The position numbers were made by a program, and so were the translations under genes. A DNA stretch of 63,428 bases, counting the filler, from Folioceros fuciformis (lineage: Eukaryota): assembly GCA_049999805.1 (NCBI GenBank). It is 8 parts of 8 records of this genome, joined end to end, with 100 filler letters (N's around TTAATTAATTAA, not from the genome) between each part and the next. Parts side by side here need not be neighbours in the genome. Positions count along the whole stretch, not along the records: positions 43,921 to 59,959 come from JBNGIO010001206.1; positions 60,060 to 61,973 come from JBNGIO010001208.1; positions 62,074 to 63,428 come from JBNGIO010001222.1; 5 more parts are not named here. One strand, 5' to 3'. The first letter of the stretch is position 1, and each line of letters starts with the position of its first letter. Below the pieces are notes generated by a model, which saw nothing but the letters and a program-made list of their open reading frames with translations, was not told the origin of the DNA and searched no databases. Shown piece by piece: positions 49,684-63,428 of this stretch.

Positions 49684-52600
49684 TTACTCATCAACATGCC
49701 GATGGGGGTCCTCTGTTGAGCTACTGGCCGCGGAAACTCTCACTAGAGCTGACCGAGCAGATGGCGCAGGAAGTGCGTATGTCACTCCAGCTGAATCTTC
49801 TATGAGGCCTGCAACTCCCGCTGCAGCAGATTGCGCATTGGACGGCAAAAAGAGATCGTGTTTCTGATCTTTGTACGCCACCCAAACCTGCAGAGCAAAT
49901 TGGCATCCACTTTGAGATTGTTTGCACAAAAAAGTTGGACGGAAGCTGAAGACCATGTATGACAATTTTGCAAGAGGGACAGGTTGCATACGTCTGATGA
50001 GTTCAAGATGTCCTGGACTCTGGCAGAATGTGTGCCCTCTCCAGCGAAGGCCAGTAGCACCTGCACACAATCAAATTAAAGATAAGCCCACATTTTAACC
50101 GGAAAGACGGGTGCAAGGATAGTAACAGCTAGAATCGATGATGTATGAACAGATGTATGTGCGGTCGAAGTTTGTACCTCCACAGCCAGTACTCGACCAA
50201 TTGCTGCTTCTGATTCATTCCACTTCATCTGAGCACATAGTCCATTCTTGCCCCCGGCTCTCCAGTCAAGTAGACCCAGAAGAACTTGTACTAGGCCGAC
50301 CCTGCAGTTGAGAGATTTTCTCGCAGTTAGTGCCCAGAGAATTACATGATGACGAGCTAAACGAGCCTTTTGTGAGACTTACTTCAAGCCTTGTGCCACT
50401 AATGAATCACGAGCTCGATTCCCGGCAACCACCACACGCTTGAGGGTCTCTAGTGCCAGCACACTTCCCCTGTGCCAACCTATGGCTTTCATGAGTAAGG
50501 GCACCACCTGCAGCCGAAGGTAGAAGGGCACGTCAGTCCTGGTTTTGGTCAGCCATGCCGTTCAGTCCTCCAAAAGCTTGTAGGAAAAAGGTTCCAAGAC
50601 TTTCACCTGTGGCGTGCCCATGCCCGGTGTTGCCATGGCTTCGGCGCAGGGAGTACTGGCTGCAAGTTGATGCAGAACACGTAAGCAACTATGCCGTACC
50701 TGTTCCTGCGGTGTCTGGCCACCGGAATTACCATCTCCATCTTCAAGCTCCCACAGACCCTCAGTAGGACTAGATGGTTTCAGGGCCACATCCCCAGGGG
50801 CTAAGCTCTCGATGCGGCCCTCATTTGCCATTGCTGATACCAGCTTAGGAACATAACCTAAATGCCCAACATGGTCTGCCAGCATGGGTTGCACCCTTAA
50901 AAGAGAGACGAGTGCAGCTGAGAGAAGCAATGGCAACTTGGGATCTGCGGCTTGTGCTCCCTTGGCATGAGTAGCAGCAGCTGCAGCAACATATTGATCC
51001 AGAAGACCTTCAAGAAACCGTTTGGGATTTCTGAGAGGGAACTTCGGATCCTTGAGGAACAGGCGTACATATACACCACCAACCTGCGTCAGGACATGTA
51101 ACAGCAATAGCCAACGTTAGGACAGATACAAAGAAAAAAAATATTTAGGGTTTAGGAGACTACTGGCCGATGGAAGGAAAGCTAGAAACAAACAAAAGTG
51201 GACCAGTCGTCTTGTGCATGACGCAGACACCAATTCACCTGAGGTTCATCACGCATATCCTGTTGCCCTGATGTGTGTTCAGGAAGGTCCCATTCCACCA
51301 CACGCCCTTTTGTTTGTTCACGGTACAAATCAGCAGCCATTGTGGCCAATTGAGCCCCTAGAGAAGCTGCCATAGCTGGACTCCACACAAGCTCAGGTGT
51401 CTCTGTACTCAATTCAAGGGCTGTAACAACAGCCTCCCCAGGACCATCTCTTACAGCAGATACAAGTCCGTCTGGCAGAAACCTGGCCACCGTGATGGCC
51501 ACACGTGGTCCATGCATTGGCTGTCCAATTAGTTTCCCCAAAAGTGAAGCAGCTGCAGCCCTTTGTTGCAGAGGAACTTCCTCTGTACAAGATGACGAAT
51601 CGAGCATAAGAACGGGAGGCCTTGCACTGACTTGAAACAAGACCAAATCACACAGACCCCAGCTAGCAAAGTAAAGCAAAGAAAATCAGACCTTGTGCGG
51701 GCAGAAGAAGTTGGAGAATGTACACAACCCCCCCATGCTTGGCTGCTGACCAGGCCAGCTCTGATGTACTTGCCAGAGCATACAACAGACGCAATGCTCC
51801 AAGCCTGCACGTTGGGGCACAATGGAGCAGTTGCAAGAGCAGAAGCAGACCCGACCTGTCAGCAACCATGGCCTCCACACATGGGGCATGTGTCGTGAGT
51901 CGGGATAGCACGTTCAAGCAAAGCTGAGGTACATCACCACTTGCTGCGCTAGTATCGACAAGGCACCCCAGAAGTGGAGCAATTTGGTGCTTGGAAGAAA
52001 AGGTGGATGAAAGATCAGGGTAGGCAGTGAGGATATTCTGTAGACCACATCTTCACATTAGCATGAAGTATTTGACTGTCGTAAAAGCAAGACACAAAGA
52101 AGAGATCCGAACCAGGAGGGATGCCAAGGCCATCACAAGGTGCTTCACAAGGATCTCTGCCTCCAGATCCACGCCTCCAGATTGACCATCGGAGACATTT
52201 TCCACGCTGCCAGTAAGGTTCTCCTCAGTTGATAAAATTTCTTGCGTTAGCCCATCAGTAACTGAGTCACCTGCAGGTGACACTGAAGCTGCCTCTGCAA
52301 CTTCTCCCGACTCTGCCCCATATTCAGTACCCTCCGCACTAAGTCGCGTTTTCCTCTCTTCTACAATCTCACTTATGAAGTCCAGTAGGGCATCACAGAA
52401 GATGTCAGGGTGGCTTATTTCAAAGTCTGGCTGCTCGTTGTACACACGCAAATAAACATCCCCTACATGCAGTTCTTCTGATAGGGTCTTGTATTTGAAT
52501 TGCTGAGCAAGATCCATGTCATAGGAGCCATCTGCTAGCTGTGACACACGTTGTTGATCCACAAACTTGAGTAGTTCACCACGAGTGGCAGAATTCCAGA

Positions 52601-55600
52601 TAACCTGCCAATATGATTTTCAAAAAACTGAGCTCACTATAATCACGGCCCTACCACAGTGGTTATGATTTTAGTAGCTAATATAATGCAACCTTACCTG
52701 GGGTGATTCCAAATTTGAGTTCAGATTTCGAAGTAGCTCCCTCGAAGACTTATCACCAAGCATGTCTGCTAGCTTGGGGGTTAGGAGAGCTTTTAGTGCA
52801 GCAGCAGCCACTGGATTTTGTGGCGTAGCTAGCTCACCACTGAGGAACCCACCAAGTCTTGCCAGGGCTCGGGCTGACAACATTGCATGCATGTTTTTGG
52901 CACTTTGCACATTGTTTCCCATACCAGGCTGGTTCGTTGTTTCTGCACTTTCTGCTGTAGCATCATACTGCAAGAGCAAAGGCAGAAGGTACCTGAAACA
53001 CAAACAAGCCCCAAGATGAAATGAAACCAGCATCCTTCAGTGGCAACATTTTGAGGAACTAAGACTAGACAACTACATTGTTCAGGAAGATCAGTTATAC
53101 CTACCACATAACACCTGCCCGAAGCAACCAGCCTTGCAATTCAGAAGATGCAGCAAGCTGGCCAATTGTCTGCAGGGCAGCATCCACTGCTACTGTTGCA
53201 AGCTCAAGCTCCGAACAGTGAACAACATCGACAACAAACCCAGGGCACTTAAGCATCTCATTCCTGGCACTTTCGAAAGTGCTTAAGCCTGCAAATGTGC
53301 GCATTACATTCGTGACGATCACTGCTGCAGGGTCACTGGACGGTGTACCTCGTTGTACAACATACATACACCGGGACAATAGTGTTGCCAGCAATGAAAC
53401 CCCTCCATCTCTTACGAGTTCTTCACCATTGAGAGCAGACGAGACACACCTGCTTTGCAATTACTCGTTAACTAGCAATGTAAGCCACAGATGCAGGTAC
53501 AAGGTGAAAGATGGAATACAATGATTACAAAAACTCTCTTTCATTATCAATCTTACGTTTGCCATATGAGCTCCGAGGCTGCCTCCAGAAGTGGTGAACG
53601 TTCGGGGGAGAGAAAGTTGTTATCTTCAGGGTCAACAGTGATCGCATTCAGCAACATAGGGTAGCCAGCATACTTGAAAGGCTCAAGAACAGCCCCATAT
53701 CGTCGGAAAAGGATGCATTGGCCTTTAAGCAACAGCTGCAATCTCCAGGGCTGAGGGCCTTGCAGACCTTGGAGAGTTGCCTAGATGCAATGTCCCGACA
53801 CAGGACAAGACAAAGATGAACAGTGAGGTGAAGCTATGCAATAGTACTGTCAACTGGAGACAAAACATACATTTTTCGTCATGCAATTTGACAGAACAAA
53901 TTCATTGTCCACAGCAACACCAGCATGCACAGGTCAAGTTCTATGCATACCTGAAGACGCTCATAAGCCTTTTGGACAGCCACAAACTTTTCTCGTCCTT
54001 CTGGATTCTTGTCTGGATGATATTTCATAGCCAGCTTCCGGTACTGTCTCTTGAGGACCTCCTCATCAACACGCCCCAATATTTTGCTCCCTACTCTAAG
54101 CTCCTCGTCACATTCTGTTTGGACTTTGATATTCAGAACCCCAGCTTCACCTTGAGGCGGAGCTTCGTCCAGGGAGATTTCCAGTATGGAGCATGCATCT
54201 TCTTCCGACAGGTCTAGGGGCCTCCTTGTTAACTCCTCACGCCACATAGCAAGCAAAGACTGAAGAAACTCAACATGCTCCACAATTGGCCAATCAGGAA
54301 ACCTGATCTCATCACATAAATTTCGAAGATAGTACCGATGGCACCACATCTCATCTTGAAGCTCTGGGTAAGTCACGGGGGGCATTGGAGCATAGTCATA
54401 CAAGCTATGACAATGTTGTGCAAGCTTTTGAGGAAAATCTCCTAGATGCTTCATCACCTAGAACAAACAAATGACATCACCAGGGTATGAGCAGCACGGA
54501 CTGGGAACCTTAGACTGTATCGCTTGAAAGGACATGTATCACATACCTGATCGATCAATCGATCACCTCGCATCTTGTATGTCCACACAATCTCTGGAGT
54601 GTCTGAATCAGCGATCATGGCTGTTGCAAAAGCAGCAGACCCACCCCTTTCCAATACGTAGAGAAGAGATTCAGGCAAAAGGCCCCCAAGCACACTTCGT
54701 TTTGCCAGGGGAAGAGAAGAAGACACAGCAGCTTCCGCACCCCCGTGAAAGGCTTGGCGTGCATGTGTAGCAGCAAAGAGATTTGCAACAGAAGCAAGGT
54801 TTGAACCACCATATGCTAAGGCAAAATAAAAAACACCAGTGCTGTATAGCCTTGCCATCCCTTTCGGGTTCCGTGTAACTACTGCTTTCAACAATGAAGA
54901 GGCTCCTTCAACAATAGCAGGTTCGCCTGTTAAAACCGCCTGCAGACACTAGTTGTCAGTACACAAAATAACTAGCGATCAACTCTGAAGCATCCGCACA
55001 TTGACAAGACCGATAGAAAGCTCTACCAATAAACTCGAGCATCTACACCTTGACAAGGCTGATAGAAAGGTCTATACCTGAGCCACATGAGGGAGGCAGC
55101 TTGAACTGGAAAGAATGCGCTTGACTTTTGGAGTTGGAGTCACAAGCTCCCCAGCATCATCCAGATCCGAGTGAACAGCCACCATGCTGTGCAAAATAGA
55201 CAAAGCAACCTCTCCAACCTACAAGGTAGAGAAGATACTACCTGTTCAGTGCAAGCAGAAACTGTTGATCTGCATCAGTTACTTATTAACTAACCAACTC
55301 AATGGATACCTGGACGGGTGTCAAAACAGCTACTCTTGTTGCCAGAGCCCACCGCAGTTCTCGAATGTCCCTAAGTCTTTTCCAGTCAGTCATGCCTGTG
55401 GCCCTACATTTAGAATTCCAATCAATCTCATGTTTAGACCACGCTCGCCTCATTGCATCTTTCTCCAAAGGTCCAAATTCATCCCCGTCCTTGTTGACAT
55501 AAAACCACTCCTTTTGGGGTTCAACAAATGCAGAAGCTGCGATCATGTTTGACTGCAAAGGCACCACTGTTCGCTCTGAGGCTTCATGGGCGGTTGTGAG

Positions 55601-58600
55601 AAGATCTACTGCTAAAGAGCACCCACCAACTGCCACACAAGCCTCAGCATTGGCCGGGACAAGCATGAGCACCTGCACGAATCAACACAATATTGCCCGT
55701 AAACGAAGAGACCATAACAACTCAAGCAAACAGATCCACAGTTCTGTCCAAAGAAATCAGGGAGGCTCTAATAACATACTTTTAAAAGAAGTAACAATCT
55801 GTGCCGTAGTGCCCTATCATTGGTGCGATCTATGAGTACTGTAATATGTGCAGTTCCATCAAATGCCCCAATGGCCTGATAATGCTGCATATACACAATC
55901 GCCATTGCTCTAGCACAAAGCTCTCTTACAGAAGATCCGCCACCACCTCCAAAACCGTCTAGCCCTCCAATGTCACACCAGTCTCCAGAGGCTCGTAAGT
56001 CGTCACCATCTGCGCCCTCAACAGTGAGACCAATGTCTGCGTCACACAGGAAGCGATGATACAGTGCCCTAAAAAATAGAACAGGGTCTCTTAGCGGAAA
56101 ATCCTGAGCTCGACTGGATGTACTTCCCCCACCATCAAGGAGGAGTCTCAGGTAATACTCTCCCACACAGACTTCTTTGGAAAGGCTTGGATATCGTACA
56201 GCATATTCAGCATAGTTCCAGGAAAGCTGATTAGATGTTTCTTCACTCTCTCCATCCTCACCTAGTATTCGGACATCTGCTGTCCGCTCCTTCTCCACAT
56301 CCAGGTGATGAACCTCAGCCTGTAGGGCTTCTCGAAGTTCTTGTCGTGTCCTCTCATTCCAGATTAAATCAGCACGACTGTGATCCAGAGCAAACGCTCG
56401 CCAAAATTCTGGCCAATTACAAATAAGACGTCCAAGACCCACTGCCACATTATCGGCAATGACCTGTGCAGGGGCTGGGAATATTGGTTGAAGAGAGGAA
56501 TTGCCGGTTATTTCAGTGTCCCCAGAAGCAAGTGGAACATTCAAAAACTGGTTGGGAGCTGAGCATGTTGCACTATCTGTCATCGCCACGATTTCCTGCG
56601 ACATGGAAGCCCCAGAAGATGCAGGAGCTGTGCCACCAGGCTGGTTTTGGTGACCTGCTTGAGCGTTGCCATTTGCAGAAGCTGCATTTTGGTCAGACGG
56701 GCTCTCCGTACTTCCAGTAGATTGGGTCTTAAGTCTAACCCCACGTCCACGTCGCCTCTGTAAGATGCGTCTCTGTTTTCGCCGGGCAGCAAAAGTGCCT
56801 GGCGATGCCTGCACCAGGGTTTCATCCTCGTCTTCTTCAGACGCACGAGTGTGCAAGTATGCAACTAGTCCAGGTGGCAAGACCCTTGAAAGAAGATCTA
56901 GTGCAGGCTGGTGAGCATCTGCCCACAAAGCAACAAGCTGCCGACTTACATCCCGCCGTTCCCCCGGACCCAGAAAGAATGCATGAACCAGATGCCGTAG
57001 CAGGGCACCATCCCGTAGTGCAGCATCTCGCATGGACTCTGCTGCAATAGCATCCTCCTCTGCAATAGTACGCATGACCACTGCGACTGTCTCCCTGACA
57101 CTTTCCGCAGGGTGAGCAAACAGAGCAAATAATCTTCTTTTCAAACCTGCAACTTGTCTCAGCATCTCTACAAATGTTGAGGAATCTGTCGTTTCACTTT
57201 GAGGTTCACAGAGCATTGCCTCAAGAACTTCAACTACAGCCATCGAGAGCAGGGGCGAAACCGTCATGGGCACCAGCCTGTTGACCAGCACAGTGATATG
57301 GGACTGATGCCCCAGCATAGCAGACTTTGCCTGAATGATGGCAGCGTGTCTTTCCCCTTTGGAATTCAAGGAGATATTGCTCTCCCCCGGACCACCACCG
57401 ATAAGCATTGCTAAAAGACTCGCAGCCTCTGCACTCAGACCCTCTGACCCATTCCTGACCAATCCTATGATCCTCAGCACAGCAACGGGCATGGCAACCA
57501 CAAAGCAAGCTGCAGAATGTGAGCCCAACAAACGCCTCAGACAAGAAACTAGCCCTGTAAAAGTTGCAGCAGCCTTGGGGGATGGAGGAGGCGGAGGAGG
57601 TGCTTCTGGTGGTAAGTTGGGGGGAGGTGGTAGCATGGAGAGCAAAGCCATCAAGGTTACATCAAGCACTTCTGCTGTGGATTGAACACCACTGTATGGG
57701 ACACAGGCATTGAACTCTTGAACCCTGCGCCAAAGCTTTGCTTTTGAACCCGGAACAGATCCATTCTCAGCAACTGCATCTTTTGCAGCCAATGCAAGGT
57801 GTTTTAAATGTAAAGCTTCACCTTCCACGTCTGCGAAGAGCCGATGTGGACCAGTATGGGCGACTGGGGTTGGTGCTGGAGAGATTCTCCCACATGGAGG
57901 ATCTAGCCGATGACCTGGGAAGGTGACTCTAGGCAGCACAGGTATAGGACGCTGACCCTGCAATTTCATGCAAAAGCCCATTAGTTGCACAGATGCAAAC
58001 CATGTAGAAGAACGACAATGTGCACTCAGACGGGAGAGAGAAAGAGATGAGTTGGCTGATCAACATAATAACTTCTAGTACCTCTGACTGCACTGTATCT
58101 CGAACAGCTGCCAGGAGACTGTCACGTGCAGTACTGGTGTACACCTACATAACACAACTGACATCTAAGTCAAAATGGCACCAGAGTCTTGAGCTGTAAA
58201 CTGATCCAGCAGGTGCTCAAGCATCACACTCAGGGATCTTACATGCATAGGACAGCCGTCATTGAATTCGACAGCAAACATCTGTGGCTCCTCACCAAAC
58301 CGAACCAAACCAGCCACGGTAAACAATGGCCGGACAATTACCGCCTGCAGTTGCAGAAATAAAAGCGCCCTGTTAAGATGCAATAGTGCGCATCAATATT
58401 CATAGCCAACAAAGCTTTCTACGAAATCTTGTCTATTAATTGAAAGGTTCTAACCAGAGTTGCAAATAGGCAGGTACCACAGCCCATGCACTTGAAAATC
58501 CACAAGCATTTTGCAGCAGCCCGGCAAACTTCAAGGCAAGGAAAAAAAACAGTATAGAGTTCACTCCTTAACTCACCTCGTAATTTTCTGGTCGTCTTTC

Positions 58601-59959
58601 CACCAATGAGCTCCTTGTTAGAACAAGCTGTCTAAGGACAGTGTCACCTTTCTCACCTAGCCCACCACCAGGACCCACCAGCCCTAATGACAACCCCACA
58701 TGAAATGCAGTCCCATGCCCAGCTGTCCGCAACCTTGTCACGGACCACTCGCCAACCGGTGTTTCCTCCGCACCAACACCTGCCACGGCTGTGACAAAAT
58801 AACATAGTGACATAGAGTGCTGGGTTACGACAGCGATTCCCTGTCCGCAACTGGGCTGGGGAAATGGACCAACAACAGGGTGCGCTCCACATGAAACAAG
58901 CCGAACATGTACTCACCCCTGCGTTTGAGAAACTCTGAAGCGCTTAGTGTTTGTGAATTGTCAACACTGATGGTGACTCCTACATAGGCTCTGGCCATTT
59001 GCGACTGAAAAATTACATGGAACCGTCAACAGACAAGAAGGTCCTCGAGGCAAGAAGAGAACATGTCCAATTATCACCACTTCTGCTCCACAAAAGAAGA
59101 CAGCATAACAAGGCCAAGCACAACCTACCAGTCTGGAAACAATGTTGGCGTTGGAAACCCCCGGAGTGGCGATGAAAGCTTTGCCTTTCCGCCCAAACAG
59201 AGGGCAGAGCACAAAGCCCCCTCCTTCTGCACCCTTCCTGCCAGAGGGATCTGAAAGCACAATGACGCCAGGGGCATCCATATCTCGAAAATCAAGGCAC
59301 CAATGAAGATCAGACTCCTTGGATTGCCTGACCTCCACTCCCACAGCAGTCACGCGAAGAAACTGCACAACGACACCAACGCAACGACCTGTTAGAAACG
59401 CCCGGCAACATACTCCCACACGATCCGCCTGCTATGACTCAGGACAAGAGCCAACTTACAACAGGAGCCAACTTCGAAGAACGCCGCTGCAAATGTTGAA
59501 CATGGAATTCAGCAAAGACCACAGCAGGGGAAGTAGAAGGACCAGCGCTCCTACTCATCCGCAACTTCAAGAGCTCGGTCAAGATCGCCACTCGATACCT
59601 GGCATCCACCACATGGCAAAACAAATCCCCCGCCCCCCTAAAGTCAGACCCACAGTCCCCCAGCTCCAACAAAAGGCCATCACACCAAAAACCTAGCCCA
59701 ACACACGACCTGGACGAAAATCTGATGGCCTTGAACTTGCCCCGGCCTTCCGTCCTGAGACTGATGGTGAACTCAAGGGCCTGCTGCTGCGCGGAGTCGT
59801 CCCGGCCGGCCACGGGGGCCGCACCCTCGAAATCCGTCGCCACATCATAAGTATTGGTGGGCATCAAGGTGGCAGGGTCGAGCGTCACGATCTGCGCGGC
59901 CGAGATGCACAGGATCCGCTTATACTTCCCCCGCCACGAGTGCTTGGTAACCATGTACC
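49684..59959 (-). CDS. GRV2: DnaJ homolog subfamily C GRV2/KAM2 (RME-8/DNAJC13), multi-exon, 5' truncated
   Basis: [39 protein letters not shown]-like [37 protein letters not shown] domain [76 protein letters not shown]. Confidence 0.97.
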
Positions 59960-60059
59960 NNNNNNNNNNNNNNNNNNNNNNNNNNNNNNNNNNNNNNNNN
60001 NNNTTAATTAATTAANNNNNNNNNNNNNNNNNNNNNNNNNNNNNNNNNNNNNNNNNNNN
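59960..60059. other. Artificial contig linker
   Basis: N44-TTAATTAATTAA-N44. Confidence 0.98.
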
Positions 60060-61973
60060 ATAGCCAGAAACTAACTTTCATGAATCTATGTCCCTAGCAT
60101 AATTTGAATCTGTGAAGACATCCAACTGCAAAGGTGCTCCAAGTATATTTCTATACCTTATGCCAATGTTATAAGTCCCTTTTAGATATCCGGAAACTCT
60201 TTTAACACCTGTCCAATGTGTTTGAACTGGATTTTCTAGATATTGTGAAAACACGCTTGTAGCATAAGCTACTTTTGGTCTTGTAGTATTTGTAGCATAG
60301 ATGAGTTTTCCTACAGCCTGTCTGTAGAGTACTGATATCATTTTATCCTTTTCTGTTTGTGTGTTAGGACACATTGACTTGCTCATTTTCAGTTCATAAG
60401 GTAAAGGAGTAGCTAATGGTTTGGCATCCTTCAAACCAAGTTGTTCAGCACTATTTAATAGGTAACATGGCTATGTTAAAGAAATAGTCCTTTTCAGCCT
60501 ATCTCTCGGAATTAAAATACCATTGGAACTTTGTAAAGCACCTAGGTGTGTCATCTCACACTTGGTTGATAACACCTTGTTTATGTCTTTGATGAAGGTA
60601 GACTATTACAAGCCAATATAAGATCATCCACATATACAGCTAGGTAACATACTACAACTTTAGCCATGTAAACCTATAAGCTCCCATCTGAAACACATGC
60701 AATAAAGCCCAGGGCTTGCAGCTCTTCATCAAGGACAGCATTCCAGTTAAGGGCAAATTGTTTCAACCCATACAAGGTTTTAATCAAACGTAAGACATGG
60801 TCTTCTTTTCCTTTCACCCCATCCTTGTGGCTATTGCAATAAATTTCAGCATCCAGCTTTCCATGTAAGAAAGCTGTCTTTCCATCAAAAATATCTAACT
60901 TGTAATCATTGTGTACTGCAAGTGCACAGATAGTGCGAAAGGTAGCCACCTTCACAACAAGAGCATATGTTTCTAGGTAATCCAGACCTGGCACTTGAGA
61001 AAAGCCTTGGGCAACAAGTCAAGCTTTATGGGGGTCAAAAGTGCCATATGCCTTAACGTTTAATTTAAATACCCATTTGCAAGACATAGGCTTGCGTCCA
61101 AGAGGTAACTTAGCTAATTTCCATATTCCATTTTTTATCAATGAATCATATTCCGATTGGATGGCCTTTTCCATTCTATAGCATCAGGGCGACTCAAAGC
61201 TTCTTCATAAGATTGAGGCTCTCTAAGATCAAGATCAATAGCATGTATAGAAGGTCTCTTGAAATCTTGAGACTAATAATAATTTGGTGCCTGTCTTTCT
61301 CTTGCAGGATAGTGACGCACAGGTTGAGGAGGCTCAGCAACAAGTTCTGATACATCCTCAACATCACTGCCATCAAGATCAAGGCCATCATCATCATCTG
61401 GAACAAGGGGTTCATAATCAGCAACATCTTGAGGAGGTTGATCCTAAATATCATAAGCAAAATCAGCTTGATATGGTTCATCTACCTACAATTCTGGTTG
61501 TTCATCATTTTGCTGGTGCTCTCCCCCCCCCACAAAAGCAAAATCCTTATGAGCAATGTTAGGAAAAACTGTAATGTTAGAAAGAGCAAACATGTCAAAA
61601 TCCTCTTGGGATGGGGAAGGTGCTCCCACTGGCTGCCAAAGTTTGGTTTCATCAAAAGTCACACTGCGGGTATAAACCACCTGATTCTCAAGTACATCAT
61701 AAAGTTTATATGCCTTAATACCTTCAGTATAACCTATGATGAGGTATTTCTTGGCCTTAGTAGCTAACTTGGTGCACTTGGCTTTAGGAACAAAAGCATC
61801 AGCAATGCAACCAAAGGTGCAAAGATGCAAGATAGCTGGTTTTCTGCCAAAGAAAGCTTCATAGGGGGTTTGTCCCACAATTGCAGTGGTAGGCAGCTTA
61901 TTACGTATGTACACAATTGTCAAAAGGGCCTCAGCCCAATAAGGGAGGGGAAGGGAGGCTTGATGTATAGCAT
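60060..61973 (-). mobile_element. Decayed Ty1/copia pol fragment (integrase end, reverse transcriptase, start of RNase H)
   Basis: YIRNKLPT..TPYEAFFGRKP..HLCTFGC; IGYTEGIKAYKLYD; CKWVFK; LVAQGFSQVPGLDYLETY; DGKTAFLHGKL; LIKTLYGLKQ; YVDDL; YRQAVGKLIY; HWTGVKRV. Several stops and frameshifts. Confidence 0.95.
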
Positions 61974-62073
61974 NNNNNNNNNNNNNNNNNNNNNNNNNNN
62001 NNNNNNNNNNNNNNNNNTTAATTAATTAANNNNNNNNNNNNNNNNNNNNNNNNNNNNNNNNNNNNNNNNNNNN
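61974..62073. other. Artificial contig linker
   Basis: N44-TTAATTAATTAA-N44. Confidence 0.98.
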
Positions 62074-62747
62074 TCTGTTCCAGAAGATCTTCAATCGCTG
62101 TGAGTCTACTGCACACCTCTCCACTGAATTGAAGAAGAAGCTCCACAATCCTGCTCACAAACTGCCTCAAATCATGGATAGGGACTAGGGATTCATGGAT
62201 CACAGCCAAAACCTGTTGACGGAATTTCAGTTCGCAAGGATTGTGAGCACATAGGTTCCTAGCATAACTTCTCGTTGACCTCCTCGTAGGATTTTGATTA
62301 CAAGAGAAAGATTGCTTAAACCCCTTTTGAGCAAATCTAACGTAATCTACTGTGGAGGACAATGTATCACCCTAGACTCTAGGTTTTCTAACAGCCTGCT
62401 TCACTCGTGTACTCAAATTAGGAGAAGGCTGAAAGACAAACACCGGAGGCCGGCGACCTCTACCTCTTGCTATTACAAATTTTCATAAAAGAAGTTTCTA
62501 GAACCAAGGATATAGAGACCACCTAAACAGTAGATTTATTCTCTCATTATCAAGAGCAATTTTAGAAAAAGAAAAAATCCATGGCTCTGATACCATGTTT
62601 GGAATAGCGGAAGCTTATATCAAAAATTGTATATTGAATAATAAAAAGGTATTTGTGTGTATATTTATATACTTGGCCTGATCTAACCCTAGTTAAGTTA
62701 GACTAACCCATTGAGTTAGGTTAAAAGAAAACTATTCCACCTTAACA
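62074..62747 (-). mobile_element. 5' end of an LTR element: short putative LTR (62596-62747), tRNA-iMet primer-binding site (62583-62595) and start of the internal region
   Basis: The minus strand reads TGTTAAG...TATATAAA...CTTCCGCTATTCCAAACA immediately followed by TGGTATCAGAGCC. Confidence 0.75.
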
Positions 62748-63428
62748 GAGAGCAGATTTCTGTCTGCCTGTGTTGGCCACCCTTCCGGGTGCCTAGCTCT
62801 CTCTATGGCGCAGTAAGGACTTGAGTCGGCCACCATCGTCAAAATTCCTGAGTTCATGTCCAAGAATCGAGCCGCTCAAGCTTTGGTGATGGTCATTCCC
62901 TCCTTGGTTGCCAGGTTCCACTTGCGCCATTCCTCCATGCTTCTGCCTACCGCTATACGCTCAGCTGTGACGATGCATAGGACCACAAGCGCAAGCTCAC
63001 TATTTGTCTTCATGGCCACACAGCCGGACATCGCCTGTTCCTTGCGCTTATGTCCTAGCCTTGTTCTGCATGCAGCTCAACAGCCGCTCATGCTTCGCTC
63101 GCCTACCTAGACTTAATGGCTCTAAAAACCATAGGCAAGAGCTAACCCTAGACACTGGTTTTTAATAGATCCCGTTATGTTAACCCTGTTCAGTTAAGAG
63201 GGAGTTGAGAACCTCCAAAGTTTGGGGTAGTAGTTTGTTTTGGTTGAAAATAGGTTAATAGTGGTATGGTTTGTTTTTCTTTTTCAACTTATTTTCCCTA
63301 ATTTTCCTTGATTTTCTGGTCATTTTTCCTATTTTTCTTTGTGCTAATTAGGTTAATTGACCAGGAAATAGTTAGCTTGGTTATAAGAGTGGGTATAGGT
63401 TTGGTCCCATACCTGGGAAGGTTTAGGT

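Noticed and set aside
7972-62073. Seven identical TTAATTAATTAA motifs flanked by N runs, considered as a biological repeat; gene clusters spanning them
   Set aside because: They are fixed 100-bp assembly or concatenation linkers, so adjacency across them carries no information.

Overview
Eukaryotic nuclear DNA from a land plant. The window is not one locus: it is eight contigs joined by seven artificial 100-bp linkers (N44-TTAATTAATTAA-N44), so genes on opposite sides of a linker are not known neighbours. Genes are densely packed with short (mostly ~70-110 bp) GT-AG introns, and an axonemal DRC7 gene is present. Together these point to a compact-genome, flagellated-sperm plant (bryophyte or lycophyte grade); this is inference. 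Recognisable genes: DUF538 protein, COQ3, CNX1 (3' cut), an At5g02740-like two-RRM-fold protein (5' cut), DRC7/CCDC135 (5' cut), a dirigent protein, ORC1, a BASS transporter, a two-KH FUBP-like protein, an AT74-like phosphoglycerate mutase family protein (5' cut), an MBD2-like CW+MBD protein (5' cut) and GRV2/RME-8 (5' cut). Contigs 3, 7 and 8 are mostly decayed Ty1/copia and Ty3/gypsy (chromovirus) elements. The most notable result is a spliced minus-strand gene at 45645-~48750 that the ORF track breaks into unrecognisable pieces. Joined by hand, it encodes an inward-rectifier (Kir/KirBac-type) channel fold with a non-canonical filter (TTFGGS instead of TxGYG) and an MLCK-like calmodulin-binding motif. 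Also notable are an array of four stem-conserved, loop-variable RNA hairpins in the long intron of the KH gene, and duplicated AT-hook-like motifs in ORC1. All family assignments come from motif recognition by eye; no database search was run.
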